NCBI GenBank assembly: GCA_041613315.1
Contig: JBFJHJ010000016.1
Span: 1-61,326 of the forward strand
Direction: 5' to 3'
Length of the DNA: 61,326 nt
DNA from: Gemmatimonadales bacterium
GTDB lineage: Bacteria > Gemmatimonadota > Gemmatimonadetes > Gemmatimonadales > GWC2-71-9
Shown here: positions 14,027-23,314 of the stretch, in pieces
How positions within the stretch are numbered: position 1 is the stretch's first letter
Layout of the letters: the number at the start of each line of letters is the position of its first letter
Notes under the pieces: generated by a model
Seen by the model: only the letters and a program-made list of their open reading frames with translations
What the model was told of the DNA's origin: nothing
Databases searched by the model: none
Translations under genes and position numbers: made by a program

Positions 14027-15457
14027 TCAGTAGCTCGGCATCGTGGGATCGATCTCAGCGGCCCAGGCCGCGATGCCGCCGCGGAGGTTTCGGACGTGCG
14101 GGAATCCCGCGGCCCGCAGGATCTCGAGGGCACGCAGCGAGCGCTGTCCGCTGTGGCACTGCGTCACGATCTCTTGATGCCCGTCCAACTCGCTCAGCCG
14201 CGCCGGCAACGCCCCGAGTGGCACGAGCCGCGCGCCCTCGATGTGGCAGATCTCCCACTCGTGCGGCTCCCGCACGTCCACGAGGACGAGCTTCGGGTTC
14301 TCGCGCAACTCCTGCGCGAGCTCCTGCACCGTGATCTCCGGCGCGGCGCGCGCGGGGCTCGCGACGAGCCCGCAGAACGCTTCGTAGTCGATGAGCTGCG
14401 TGACGGTAGGGTGCGCGCCGCACACCGAGCACTGCGGGTCCTTGCGCAGCTTGAGCTCTCGGAAGCGGAGTTTGAGGGCGTCAAACAACAGGAGGCGCCC
14501 CACCAGCGTGTCACCGCGACCGAGGATCAGCTTGATCGCCTCGAGCGCCTGCACGCTTCCGATGATGCCGGGGAGCACGCCGAAGACACCTCCCTCGGCG
14601 CACGACGGCACCAGGCCCGGGGGCGGAGGCTCGCGAAACAGGCACCGGTAGCAGGGTCCGGCGGGTGTGGCGAAGACTGACGCCTGCCCCTCGAACCGGA
14701 AAATCGAGCCGTACACGTTGGGCTTCCCGAGAAACACGCAGGCGTCGTTCACCAGGTAGCGGGTCGGGAAGTTGTCGGTCCCGTCCACCACCAGGTCAAA
14801 CCCCCCGAGGATCTCCAAGGCGTTCGCCGAGGTGAGTCGCGTCCCGAAGGTCTCGATGTGGGTGTACGGATTGAGATCGCGAAGCCGGGCCTCCGCCGAC
14901 TCGAGCTTCGAACGTCCCACCGCCGCCGTGCCGTGCACGATCTGCCGCTGGAGGTTTGTCTCCTCCACGACGTCGAAATCCACGAGTCCCAGCGTCCCGA
15001 CGCCCGCGGCCGCGAGGTAGAGCGACGCCGGTGAGCCGAGGCCGCCCGCCCCCACCAGGAGGACCCGCGCGGCTTTGAGGCGCCGCTGGCCCTGTGGCCC
15101 CACCTCCGGCAAGAGCAAGTGCCGGGAATAGCGCAGGATCTCCTCGTGCGAGAGTTCGGGGAGCTCGGTCGCCGTCGTCGTCGCCCCTCCGGCGATGCTG
15201 GGAATGATGGAGATCTCGTCGCCCGGTCCGACCGGTGTGGCCTCATCGTCCAGGTCCCGGATGTCCCGGTCATTCACGAAGACGTTCACGAAGCTCCGGA
15301 GCCGTCCGTCGTCTTGCCGAAGGTGCGGCCGCAGCTGGGCATGCTCCCCGAGGAGGTGATCCAGCACGTCGCGCACGGTGCGCCCCTCGCTCGCGAGGGT
15401 GTCGCGCCCGCCCGCGTAGGGCCGGAGCGGCGTCGGAATGTGTATCGTCACCGTCAT
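14027..15457 (-). CDS. moeB: Fusion: ubiquitin-like sulfur carrier (MoaD/CysO-like) + E1-like adenylyltransferase (MoeB/ThiF) + rhodanese
   Basis: N-terminal IHIPTPLR...FVNVFVND...IPSIAGG; RYSRH, VGAGGLGSP, CYRC/CSVC Zn motifs; rhodanese DVREPHEW...CHSGQRS; AGGAG before ATG 15457. Confidence 0.93.
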   Translation of the reverse strand: MTVTIHIPTPLRPYAGGRDTLASEGRTVRDVLDHLLGEHAQLRPHLRQDDGRLRSFVNVFVNDRDIRDLDDEATPVGPGDEISIIPSIAGGATTTATELPELSHEEILRYSRHLLLPEVGPQGQRRLKAARVLLVGAGGLGSPASLYLAAAGVGTLGLVDFDVVEETNLQRQIVHGTAAVGRSKLESAEARLRDLNPYTHIETFGTRLTSANALEILGGFDLVVDGTDNFPTRYLVNDACVFLGKPNVYGSIFRFEGQASVFATPAGPCYRCLFREPPPPGLVPSCAEGGVFGVLPGIIGSVQALEAIKLILGRGDTLVGRLLLFDALKLRFRELKLRKDPQCSVCGAHPTVTQLIDYEAFCGLVASPARAAPEITVQELAQELRENPKLVLVDVREPHEWEICHIEGARLVPLGALPARLSELDGHQEIVTQCHSGQRSLRALEILRAAGFPHVRNLRGGIAAWAAEIDPTMPSY

Positions 15458-15539
15458 GGTTGCACGCTCCTGCACCGCTTGCGCTCCGATCCGCTCGAGG
15501 ACCAGGGGCTCCGGTGCCGCGCGGAGGCCGGCTGCCGGG

Positions 15540-16022
15540 TCATCCCGTCGGCGATCCCGTTCGCCCGGAGCCGCGCCGGCTTCGCGCGGCGGGTCGCCCC
15601 GGAGGCGCGATCATCACCGGCCGCTCGTCGAATCCGGTGCGGTCGTCCCGGAGCCGCCAGGCGCGCACCTCGTCCGCCCGACCCACCCGGACCGACACGA
15701 TAAGGTACTCGAACGAGGGCCACGCGAGCTCCCGGTCGTACGGCGAGGGGTGCGGGGGCACGTCGGGATGCGAGTGGTAGACGCCCACGACGTCCAGCCC
15801 GCGGGCGGCGGCCGCCCGAGTGGCGTCGCGGACGTCCGCAGGCCCGATCAGGTAGCGCCGGGCTGCCGCGCCGTCGGCCGCGCGCCGATTCGCCACGCCG
15901 AGCTGGTCCACGACCCGCACCTCGCCGTCCACGACGCCCAGGAGGAGCCCACATGCCTCGTCGGGGTATGCCGCTTCGAGGCGGCGCCGAATGGCGTCCA
16001 GCACCGAGGCCGGGAGGATCAT
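15540..16022 (-). CDS. mec: JAB/MPN+ (Mov34, M67) metallopeptidase, Mec-like
   Basis: YPDEACGLLLG and YHSHPDVPPHPSPYD JAMM motif; ATG overlaps cysM stop. Confidence 0.9.
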   Translation of the reverse strand: MILPASVLDAIRRRLEAAYPDEACGLLLGVVDGEVRVVDQLGVANRRAADGAAARRYLIGPADVRDATRAAAARGLDVVGVYHSHPDVPPHPSPYDRELAWPSFEYLIVSVRVGRADEVRAWRLRDDRTGFDERPVMIAPPGRPAARSRRGSGRTGSPTG

Positions 16023-17026
16023 CGCACGGCTCCGCCCTCGAGCCGCCGGCGCTCGCTCAGGTAGCGCTGGCCCCCGTCCGGGGCGATGACGACGATCACG
16101 AGTTCGGCGCGGTCCGCCGGCGTCGCCCGCGCCACCAGGGCCTCCGCGGCGGCGATCGCGGCGCCCGCCGACCATCCGACGAAGAGCCCACGACGTGCCA
16201 CCCGGCGCACCACCTGCTCTGCGAGCTCGGTGGCCACGAACACGGTCTCGTCGATCCGGCTGGCGTCGTAGATCGCCGGCACGAGCGCCGACGCCAGGTG
16301 CTTCAGCCCTTCGAGCCCGTGGAGCGGGCCGTCGGGCTGCACGGCGACGAGCCGGACCGCGGCGTTGCGCTCCGTGAGATAGCGACCCGCCCCCATCAGC
16401 GTGCCGCTCGTGCCCACGCCCGCCACCAAGTGGGTGACGCGCCCGTCGGTGCCGCGCCAGACTTCGGGTCCGGTAGTCGCGTAGTGCGCGGCGGGGTTCG
16501 CGGGATTGGAGTACTGATCCGCATACCAATAGCGGTCGGGATGGGCGGCCGCCAACGCCTGCGCGTGGCGGATCGCTCCGTCGCTTCCCTCGAGTGGATC
16601 GGTCTCGATCAGCTCGGCCCCATACGCGGCGAGCATGGCCTTCCGCTCGGCGGACGCGTTGGCCGGCACGCACACGGTAATCCCGATCCCGGCCGCGGCC
16701 CCGAGCATGGCGTACGCGACGGCCGTGTTCCCGCTCGACGCGTCGAGCAGGCGCCGGGCCGGCAGCATCCCCGCGCGAAGGCCGGCCCGAAGAATCTCCC
16801 GACCCGGCCGATCCTTGACGGAGCCGCCCGGGTTGAGCCACTCCGCTTTAACCAGGATGGCCGAGCCCTCGGCCGACAGTTCCAGCGGCACCAAGGGCGT
16901 CTGGCCCACGAGCGCCCACAGGGCGGGTTCCCCGACAGGTGGCCGGCCCGGGCTCACGGGGGCAGGTCGCGCCGACCGCCCAGTGGTCCCGTCCGGACGG
17001 CGATGCACCAGGTTGTCAGCCATCAT
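16019..17026 (-). CDS. cysM: PLP-dependent cysteine synthase (CysM-like)
   Basis: GQTPLV, NPGGSVKDR (PLP Lys), SSGNT, GVGTSGT, DGGQRYLS; exact start uncertain (17023-17035). Confidence 0.9.
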   Translation of the reverse strand: MMADNLVHRRPDGTTGRSARPAPVSPGRPPVGEPALWALVGQTPLVPLELSAEGSAILVKAEWLNPGGSVKDRPGREILRAGLRAGMLPARRLLDASSGNTAVAYAMLGAAAGIGITVCVPANASAERKAMLAAYGAELIETDPLEGSDGAIRHAQALAAAHPDRYWYADQYSNPANPAAHYATTGPEVWRGTDGRVTHLVAGVGTSGTLMGAGRYLTERNAAVRLVAVQPDGPLHGLEGLKHLASALVPAIYDASRIDETVFVATELAEQVVRRVARRGLFVGWSAGAAIAAAEALVARATPADRAELVIVVIAPDGGQRYLSERRRLEGGAVR

Positions 17027-17033
17027 AGGTCGC

Positions 17034-17058
17034 ATACCCGAGTAAAGTTATCGGGTTT
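17034..17058. promoter_or_regulatory. IscR type-1-like palindromic operator upstream of cysM
   Basis: ATACCCGAGTAAAGTTATCGGGTTT: ACCCGA-N9-TCGGGT inverted repeat in an AT-rich gap; 20/25 matches by eye to ATASYYGACTRWWWYAGTCRRSTAT. Confidence 0.65.
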
Positions 17059-17097
17059 CTCTGCAAATAAAAACCTGGGCGACCGGCTGCCGGTTCC

Positions 17098-17550
17098 TCA
17101 CGCCTTGGTGGCGATCGTGACCAGCTCTTCCACCCGCCCTTCCTGGTGCGAGAGATCGGCCAGGGAGAAACTCTCCAGCACTTCGTCGATCTTCTGATGG
17201 AGCGCGCGCCAAACGGGACGGATGCTACACGCGGTGGTGGGCCGACATCGGTCCGGGTCCACCTGATGCACGTCGCAGTTCACCTGAAACGTGTGGTCTT
17301 CGGCCGCCGCGATCACATCCTTGACGGTGATGGACGCCGGGTCCTTGGCGAGGTAGTAGCCGCCCTTCGCACCGCGGACACTCGCCACCAGACCGGCGCG
17401 ACGGAGCTTGAGCAGAATCTGTTCGACGTAATCCCCGGGGAGCCCTTCACTCTCGGCTAAATCGCGGGCGGGCACGGGGTCCGTCCCGCCGCGTTTGGCC
17501 AGGTGCACCGAGACGATCAGGCCGTACTCTGCCCAGGTGGTGACGCGCAT
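17098..17550 (-). CDS. Rrf2 family transcriptional regulator (IscR/CymR-like, 3 Cys)
   Basis: MRVTTWAEYG, YVEQILLKLRRAGLVASVRGAKGGYYLA, C-x9-C-x5-C. Confidence 0.93.
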   Translation of the reverse strand: MRVTTWAEYGLIVSVHLAKRGGTDPVPARDLAESEGLPGDYVEQILLKLRRAGLVASVRGAKGGYYLAKDPASITVKDVIAAAEDHTFQVNCDVHQVDPDRCRPTTACSIRPVWRALHQKIDEVLESFSLADLSHQEGRVEELVTIATKA

Positions 17551-17681
17551 GAGTGCCCTCCACCCGCAATATTTGCCGCCCGTCCGGCCCACGCAAGCCA
17601 GCCGATGCATGCGCCCCCGGCTAGATCGCGGCGCGCCCCGGAGATAGCATTCGTGTATCCCCGCGCCACGCAGAGGCACGC

Positions 17682-19091
17682 ATGACGACGACGGAACCAG
17701 GGGTCCGAATGGAACGCGACAGCATGGGCACCGTCGAGGTCCCGGCCGACCGGTATTGGGGTGCGCAGACCGCCCGCTCCCTCAGGTATTTCGCCATCGG
17801 GCGGGACCGCATGCCGCTCGAGGTGATTCGCGCGTTTGGGTTCCTCAAGAAGGCCGCCGCGCTCACGAATCGGGAGCTTCAGACGCTGGACGAGCGGCGC
17901 GCCGCGCTCATGGTGCAGGCCGCCGACGAGGTGATCACGGGAGCGCTCGACGACCACTTTCCGCTGCACGTCTGGCAGACGGGGAGCGGCACGCAGACGA
18001 ACATGAACGTCAACGAGGTGATCGCCAATCGGGCGATCGAGTTGGCCGGCGGCGCGATGGGCAGCAAGGACCCGATCCATCCCAACGACCACGTGAACCT
18101 CTCGCAGTCGTCGAACGACACGTATCCCACCGCGATGCACGTGGCCGGCGCGCAGCTGCTCACGGAGCGCCTTCTCCCCGCGGTGGCCGCGCTCCGCGAT
18201 GCGCTCGCGGCCAAACAGGAGGAATTCCGTGACATCGTGAAGATCGGCCGGACCCACCTGCAGGATGCCGTGCCGCTCACACTCGGGCAGGAGTTCTCAG
18301 GCTACGTCGCGCAGCTGGACGACGACGTGGCCCGCATCCAGGGCGCGTTGCCCGGCCTCTATCGCCTCGCGATCGGCGGGACGGCGGTGGGCACCGGCCT
18401 CAACGCGCCGCCGGCGTTCGCCGAGCGGTGCGCGGCGCACATCGCGGAGTTGACGGGCCTTCCGTTCACCTCGGCACCCAACAAGTTCGCCGAGCTGGCG
18501 GCCCACGATGCCATGGTCATGGCCCACGGGACGCTTCGGGTGCTGGCCTGCTCGCTCATGAAGATCGCCAACGACATCCGTTGGGCGGGGTCGGGGCCGC
18601 GTTCGGGGCTGGGCGAGCTCCTCCTGCCCGCCAACGAGCCGGGCTCCTCAATCATGCCCGGCAAAGTCAATCCGACGCAGTGCGAGGCGCTGACGATGGT
18701 GGCCGTGCAGGTGTTGGGGAACGACACGGCGATCGGCTTCGCGGGCGCCCAGGGCAATTTTGAGCTGAACGTCTTCAAGCCGGTGATGGCGTTCAATCTC
18801 ATCAACTCCGCCACTCTGCTCGCCGACGCCTGTGACTCGTTCCGGAAGCACCTCGTCGTCGGACTCGCGGCGAACGAAGCACGGATCGCAGAGCTCGTGG
18901 CCAACTCGCTGATGCTGGTGACGGCCCTGACCCCCAAGATCGGCTACGACAAAGCCGCCGAGATCGCCAAGAAGGCGGACACCGAGGGCACCACGCTGAA
19001 GGCGGCCGCGCTGGCACTCGGGTACCTGAGCGAGCGAGAATTCGACGCCACCGTCAGGCCGCGGGACATGGCGTTCCCGCACGGGGCGTAG
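17682..19091 (+). CDS. fumC: Class II fumarate hydratase
   Basis: [28 protein letters not shown]. Confidence 0.97.
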   Translation: MTTTEPGVRMERDSMGTVEVPADRYWGAQTARSLRYFAIGRDRMPLEVIRAFGFLKKAAALTNRELQTLDERRAALMVQAADEVITGALDDHFPLHVWQTGSGTQTNMNVNEVIANRAIELAGGAMGSKDPIHPNDHVNLSQSSNDTYPTAMHVAGAQLLTERLLPAVAALRDALAAKQEEFRDIVKIGRTHLQDAVPLTLGQEFSGYVAQLDDDVARIQGALPGLYRLAIGGTAVGTGLNAPPAFAERCAAHIAELTGLPFTSAPNKFAELAAHDAMVMAHGTLRVLACSLMKIANDIRWAGSGPRSGLGELLLPANEPGSSIMPGKVNPTQCEALTMVAVQVLGNDTAIGFAGAQGNFELNVFKPVMAFNLINSATLLADACDSFRKHLVVGLAANEARIAELVANSLMLVTALTPKIGYDKAAEIAKKADTEGTTLKAAALALGYLSEREFDATVRPRDMAFPHGA

Positions 19092-19148
19092 CCCCGGGCG
19101 CCGAGGATCCTCGCCGTCCCCGCGAAAGCGGTCGCGCCCCGAAGCGTC

Positions 19149-20552
19149 ATGACGCGTCCGAGCGCGGCCATCGTGATCGGCGGCGGGGTCGCCGGGCTGG
19201 CGGCGGCGCACCGCCTCGCCGAAACGCTCGGCCCCGACCGCCTGATCTTGCTCGAGGCCCGCCGGCGCCTCGGCGGCAAGATCGTGACCGAGCGGCAGGA
19301 CGGTTTCGTGGTCGAGGGCGGTCCCGACTGCTTCCTGGCGGCGAAGCCGGCGGCCATCGAGCTCCGCCGGCTGCTCCGGCTGGACGAGCGCCTCCAGGAC
19401 GCCAATCCCCACCGCTGGCCGAGCTTCGTCCGACGCCACGGACGGCTGCATCGGCTTCCGACGGGCGTCACCGGACTCGTCCCGTCACGCCTCGGCGCCT
19501 TACTGACGACGCGACTGCTCTCCGTGCGAGGCCGGCTCCGCGCGGGATTCGAGCCCCTCCTGCCGCGAGGCACCGCCCACGGCGATGAGACCATCGCAGG
19601 CTTCGTCACGCGCCGCTTCGGGCGTGAGGCCTACGAGTGGCTCGTCGAGCCGATCCTCGGCGGCATCCATGCAGGCGACGGCAGCCAGCTCAGCCTCGCC
19701 GCCACGTTCCCGCAACTGGCCGAGATGGAGCGGGCCCACGGGAGCGTGCTGCGACCGCTGGTGCGCCGGCGCGGCGTGGGCGCCGCCGGCGCTTCGCTCA
19801 TGGCGCCGTGCGCCGGCATGGCCGAGCTGGTCGAGGCCCTGGCCACCGCCCTGCCGCCGGAGACGGTGCGCTGCGGGACGGCGGCGAGGGCGGTGCGCCG
19901 CGAGGGGAAGGGCTACGAGGTCACACTGGCGACTGGCGTGCGCCTCCACGCGCAGGCCGTGATCCTGGCCACGCCGGCCCATGTCACGGCCGCGCTGAGC
20001 GCCGGCCTCGACCCGACCCTCGCCGCCCTCCTCCGCACGATCCCGTTCGTCTCGACCGCGACCGTGTCGCTCGCGTACGCGACGGACCGAGTGCCGCACC
20101 CGCTCCGGGGCACGGGGTACGTTTCCCCGCGGGCCGAGGGCGGACCGGTGGTGGCATGCAGTTGGACCACCAGCAAGTTCGCGAATCGCGCACCCGACGG
20201 TGTGACCCTGTTACGGGTGCTGCTGGGGCGCGCCGGTCGCGACGAGGTCGTGGATCGGACGGATGACGATGTGCTCACGCTCGCGCGCGAGGAGGTCCGC
20301 GAGACGCTCGGCATCGGCGTGGCGCCCCTGCGCCACTGGATCTACCGGTGGCCTCGCGGCCTGCCGCAGTACACCCAGGGCCACGTCGGGCGGGTGGCCC
20401 GCATCGAGGACCGTCTGGCGACGCACCCGGGGTTGTGGCTCGTGGGGGCGTCGTACCACGGCGTGGGCGTCCCGGACTGCATGGCGTCGGGGTGGCGAGC
20501 CGCCGACCGGCTCACGGCGTTCGTGGGCGCCCCCCGGCCGGGGTCGGGCTGA
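19149..20552 (+). CDS. hemG: Protoporphyrinogen/coproporphyrinogen oxidase (HemY-type)
   Basis: GGGVAGL FAD motif, EGGPDCF, GIHAGD, PQYTQGH, GVGVPDC. Confidence 0.9.
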   Translation: MTRPSAAIVIGGGVAGLAAAHRLAETLGPDRLILLEARRRLGGKIVTERQDGFVVEGGPDCFLAAKPAAIELRRLLRLDERLQDANPHRWPSFVRRHGRLHRLPTGVTGLVPSRLGALLTTRLLSVRGRLRAGFEPLLPRGTAHGDETIAGFVTRRFGREAYEWLVEPILGGIHAGDGSQLSLAATFPQLAEMERAHGSVLRPLVRRRGVGAAGASLMAPCAGMAELVEALATALPPETVRCGTAARAVRREGKGYEVTLATGVRLHAQAVILATPAHVTAALSAGLDPTLAALLRTIPFVSTATVSLAYATDRVPHPLRGTGYVSPRAEGGPVVACSWTTSKFANRAPDGVTLLRVLLGRAGRDEVVDRTDDDVLTLAREEVRETLGIGVAPLRHWIYRWPRGLPQYTQGHVGRVARIEDRLATHPGLWLVGASYHGVGVPDCMASGWRAADRLTAFVGAPRPGSG

Positions 20553-20556
20553 GGGA

Positions 20557-21675
20557 TCAGGCGATGGGCGCCGGCTCGGGCTCGTACGCGCAGAACGGAT
20601 CTGAGCCCAGGTAGTCGCCCGTCATGGCGTACGCCCGGGCCCGGGAGCCGCCGCACGCCCAGCGGAATGCGCAGCGTCCGCACTTGCCGTGCAGGAGATC
20701 GGCGTTGCGGAGCTCCCGAAGCGCCGGGGCGTTCCGGTAGATGTCGGAGAGCCGTCGGTCCCGCACGTTGCCGAGCAGCGGGAATGGCAGGAACCCAGCC
20801 GGATGTACGTCGCCGCGGTGCGACACGAAGATCACGCCGTTGCCGTCCCGGATGCCGAACCCCATGCGCTTCGCCGCGCGGGCGATCTCGGTCGGCGGCA
20901 TCCCCTCAGCGAGGCGACGTTGGATCCAGTAGCGCCGGTAGTGCGGCGCCTCGACCGTCCCGACGTGAAACGGCGCGTCCCGCCCGATCTCCTCCACCCA
21001 CGCAAACAGTGTCTCCACCTCCTGCGCGCTGGGAATCCCGAGCTCCGTGCCGCGCCCCACCGGGACCAGAAGGAACAGGCTCCAGCGCCGGACCGGGGGA
21101 CACGCGCCCTCGCGCAGCAGACGGAAGAGTGCCGGCAGATGGGGGAGCGTTTCCGCCGTCACGGTGGTGTTCACCTGCACCGGGATGTGGAACTCCCGTG
21201 CCCACTCGAGCGCCTGGCGCGAATGGCCGAACGTTCCCGGGACGCGGCGAAACGCGTCGTGTACCTCAGCGGAGGGCCCGTCGAGGCTGATCCCCATAGC
21301 CGCGATGCCCAGCGCCCGGAACCGACGGACGGCATCCCGGGTCAGGGTCGGTGTCGTGCTCGGCGTGATGGACACCGGCAGTTGGATCGAGCGCGCGTAC
21401 GCGACGAGATCAAACACGTCGTCGCGTTTCATCGGGTCGCCGCCGGTGAGGATGAGCATGCTGCCCATGCCCTTGATGTCGCGCATCAAGGCCGCGGCTT
21501 CTGCCGTCGTCAGCTCCGCCGGATCGCGATGCGGGATCGCGTCGGCCCGGCAGTGCCGGCACGCCAAGTCGCACGCGATGGTGGTTTCCCAGTACACGTT
21601 GCGGGGCGCCCGGCCATAGACGAATCCAACGTGGGGCGAACCCACCGCCTCCGCGTTCAGCGACATGCTCGTCAC
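20557..21675 (-). CDS. Radical SAM/SPASM protein, AhbD/NirJ-like
   Basis: WETTIACDLACRHCRA, LTGGDP; SPASM GKCGRCAFRWACGGSRARAY...DPFC. Confidence 0.85.
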   Translation of the reverse strand: MTSMSLNAEAVGSPHVGFVYGRAPRNVYWETTIACDLACRHCRADAIPHRDPAELTTAEAAALMRDIKGMGSMLILTGGDPMKRDDVFDLVAYARSIQLPVSITPSTTPTLTRDAVRRFRALGIAAMGISLDGPSAEVHDAFRRVPGTFGHSRQALEWAREFHIPVQVNTTVTAETLPHLPALFRLLREGACPPVRRWSLFLLVPVGRGTELGIPSAQEVETLFAWVEEIGRDAPFHVGTVEAPHYRRYWIQRRLAEGMPPTEIARAAKRMGFGIRDGNGVIFVSHRGDVHPAGFLPFPLLGNVRDRRLSDIYRNAPALRELRNADLLHGKCGRCAFRWACGGSRARAYAMTGDYLGSDPFCAYEPEPAPIA

Positions 21676-21842
21676 CTCCCTGTCCCGCGCCGGAGAGCAG
21701 CCCCGAGGCGGTCAGTGCGAGACTACGCGGCCTCGCATGAGATGCGAAAAAAGGGAGTCTGAACGGACCTTCACCGGGCGCGGTGCGCGGCTCTGCTAGC
21801 CGCGGCGGCGGACGCGGCGTGCCATCGAGGTTCCTCGCTCGC

Positions 21843-22403
21843 CTAGCGGGTGACCTCCACGCGCAGCGCGTCGTTGAAGCGGTTGAAATAGCTGAACAGG
21901 CCTGCTACCAGCGCGATCTCGACGATCGCGCCCTCGTCCCAATGCCGGGCCAGCTCGGCATACACCTCGTCGGTCACGGCGTGTCCGCTGTCGGCCATGC
22001 TCTCCGCGAACCGCAGCGCGGCGAGCCAGTTCGGGCCCATACCGTCGAACGACGCCTCGACCTCGCGGCCTTCCTCCGGCACCTCGATCCGCACCGCGGC
22101 GACCCACCCGTCTCCGGCACCCAGCCGCCTTGCCAAGGCGGTGTGGGACGCGAGTCAGTAACGGCACTGGTTGATCGCCGAGACCCGGACCGCGATCAGC
22201 TCCTTGAGCACGGGCGGCACCTCTCCCTCGGTCATGACGGTCCGAAAATGCGCCAGCATCGTGGTGAGATGCGCGGGCCGCGCCGCGACGGTACGGAACA
22301 TGTTGGGGATGTTGCCGCGCTCTTTGCGGTACGTCTCGAAGATCGTGCGGACTTCGGGCGTCACCTCGCCGGGATCGCGCGGCCGGATTCGTGGGTTGCT
22401 CAT
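21843..22403 (-). CDS. AhpD/carboxymuconolactone decarboxylase family peroxidase, predicted selenoprotein (CxxU, TGA at 22155-22157)
   Basis: ORFs 22155..22571 and 21843..22136 are in one frame: KELIAVRVSAINQCRY-TGA-LASHTALARRLG...FSYFNRFNDAL; TGA at the second Cys of CxxC. Confidence 0.85.
22120..22147 (-). promoter_or_regulatory. Putative bacterial SECIS hairpin of the AhpD-like gene
   Basis: CCCA-CA-CCGCCTT-GGC-AAGGCGG-C-TGGG; G-starting apical loop about 20 nt after UGA. Confidence 0.65.
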
Positions 22404-22416
22404 GGGCTCTCGTGGA

Positions 22417-22674
22417 TCAGTCGGTACAGTCGCCGAGCGGGTACACGAACCCGCAGTTCGGACAGGGATGCTTGCAGCCGGCGGGCGCAGGTTCGACCTC
22501 GAACCCGCAGCGGAGGCACCGGGGGACTTCCGTGCTGTTGGACGTGAGCAGTACGCCGTGAGCCGAGACAAACGTCACGGCGCCGGGCGCCGACGATCCC
22601 GTCCGGTGCTCGGGGTGCGACTGTGCACCGCCCGGACCAACAGCCGGTTTGCCGCTCACCGCATCATCCCGCAA
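22417..22674 (-). CDS. Small Cys-rich zinc-ribbon protein (start uncertain; GTG at 22578 possible)
   Basis: CLRCGFEVEPAPAGCKHPCPNCGFVYPLGDCTD*; fills the gap between the MBL and AhpD genes. Confidence 0.6.
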   Translation of the reverse strand: MRDDAVSGKPAVGPGGAQSHPEHRTGSSAPGAVTFVSAHGVLLTSNSTEVPRCLRCGFEVEPAPAGCKHPCPNCGFVYPLGDCTD

Positions 22675-23314
22675 AGCGATACGCCCCCGTCAGAAACGGG
22701 TTTGTCGCGCGCTCCCGACCGATCGTGGTCTCGGGGCCGTGCCCCGGGTACACCACCGTGTCGTCGGGGAGGCTCAGGAGACGATCGCGGATGCTCGCGA
22801 GCAGCGTCGCCGTGTCGCCTCCGGGCAGATCCGTGCGGCCGATGGAACCCGCGAACAACGCGTCACCGACGAACGCCACCCCGTGCCCCACCAGGGCCAC
22901 CCCGCCGGGGCTGTGTCCCGGTACGTGCCGCACCGCGAAGCTCAGCGCGCCGAGGCGCAGCGTGTCGCCCTCCGCCAACGCCCGGTCGGGTGGGGGCGGG
23001 GGCTCCGCCCGGAGCCCCAACCAGGTTCCCTGCTCCCCGATGGCGTCGTAGAGCGAGCGGTCGTCGGGGTGCAAGTACACGGGCACGCCGGTTGCTTCCG
23101 TCACGCGGCGCACGCCGAGGATGTGGTCCAGATGGGCATGGGTGAGCCAGATCGCGCGGAGTGTCAAGCCGTCGGTCGCAAGCCGGCGGAGAAAGAGATC
23201 CGCTTCCTCACCCGGATCGATCAACGCGGCGTCCCGCGAGGCCGGGTCGGCGACGACGTAACAGTTCTCCTGAAAGGCGCCGTTGGTCAGGCAGATGACC
23301 TCAGGTCGAGGCAA
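22664..23314 (-). CDS. MBL-fold metallo-hydrolase (glyoxalase II-like, YcbL/GloC family)
   Basis: THAHLDH, PGHSPG, GDALFAGSIGRTD, YPGHG. Confidence 0.92.
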   Translation of the reverse strand: MPRPEVICLTNGAFQENCYVVADPASRDAALIDPGEEADLFLRRLATDGLTLRAIWLTHAHLDHILGVRRVTEATGVPVYLHPDDRSLYDAIGEQGTWLGLRAEPPPPPDRALAEGDTLRLGALSFAVRHVPGHSPGGVALVGHGVAFVGDALFAGSIGRTDLPGGDTATLLASIRDRLLSLPDDTVVYPGHGPETTIGRERATNPFLTGAYRFAG

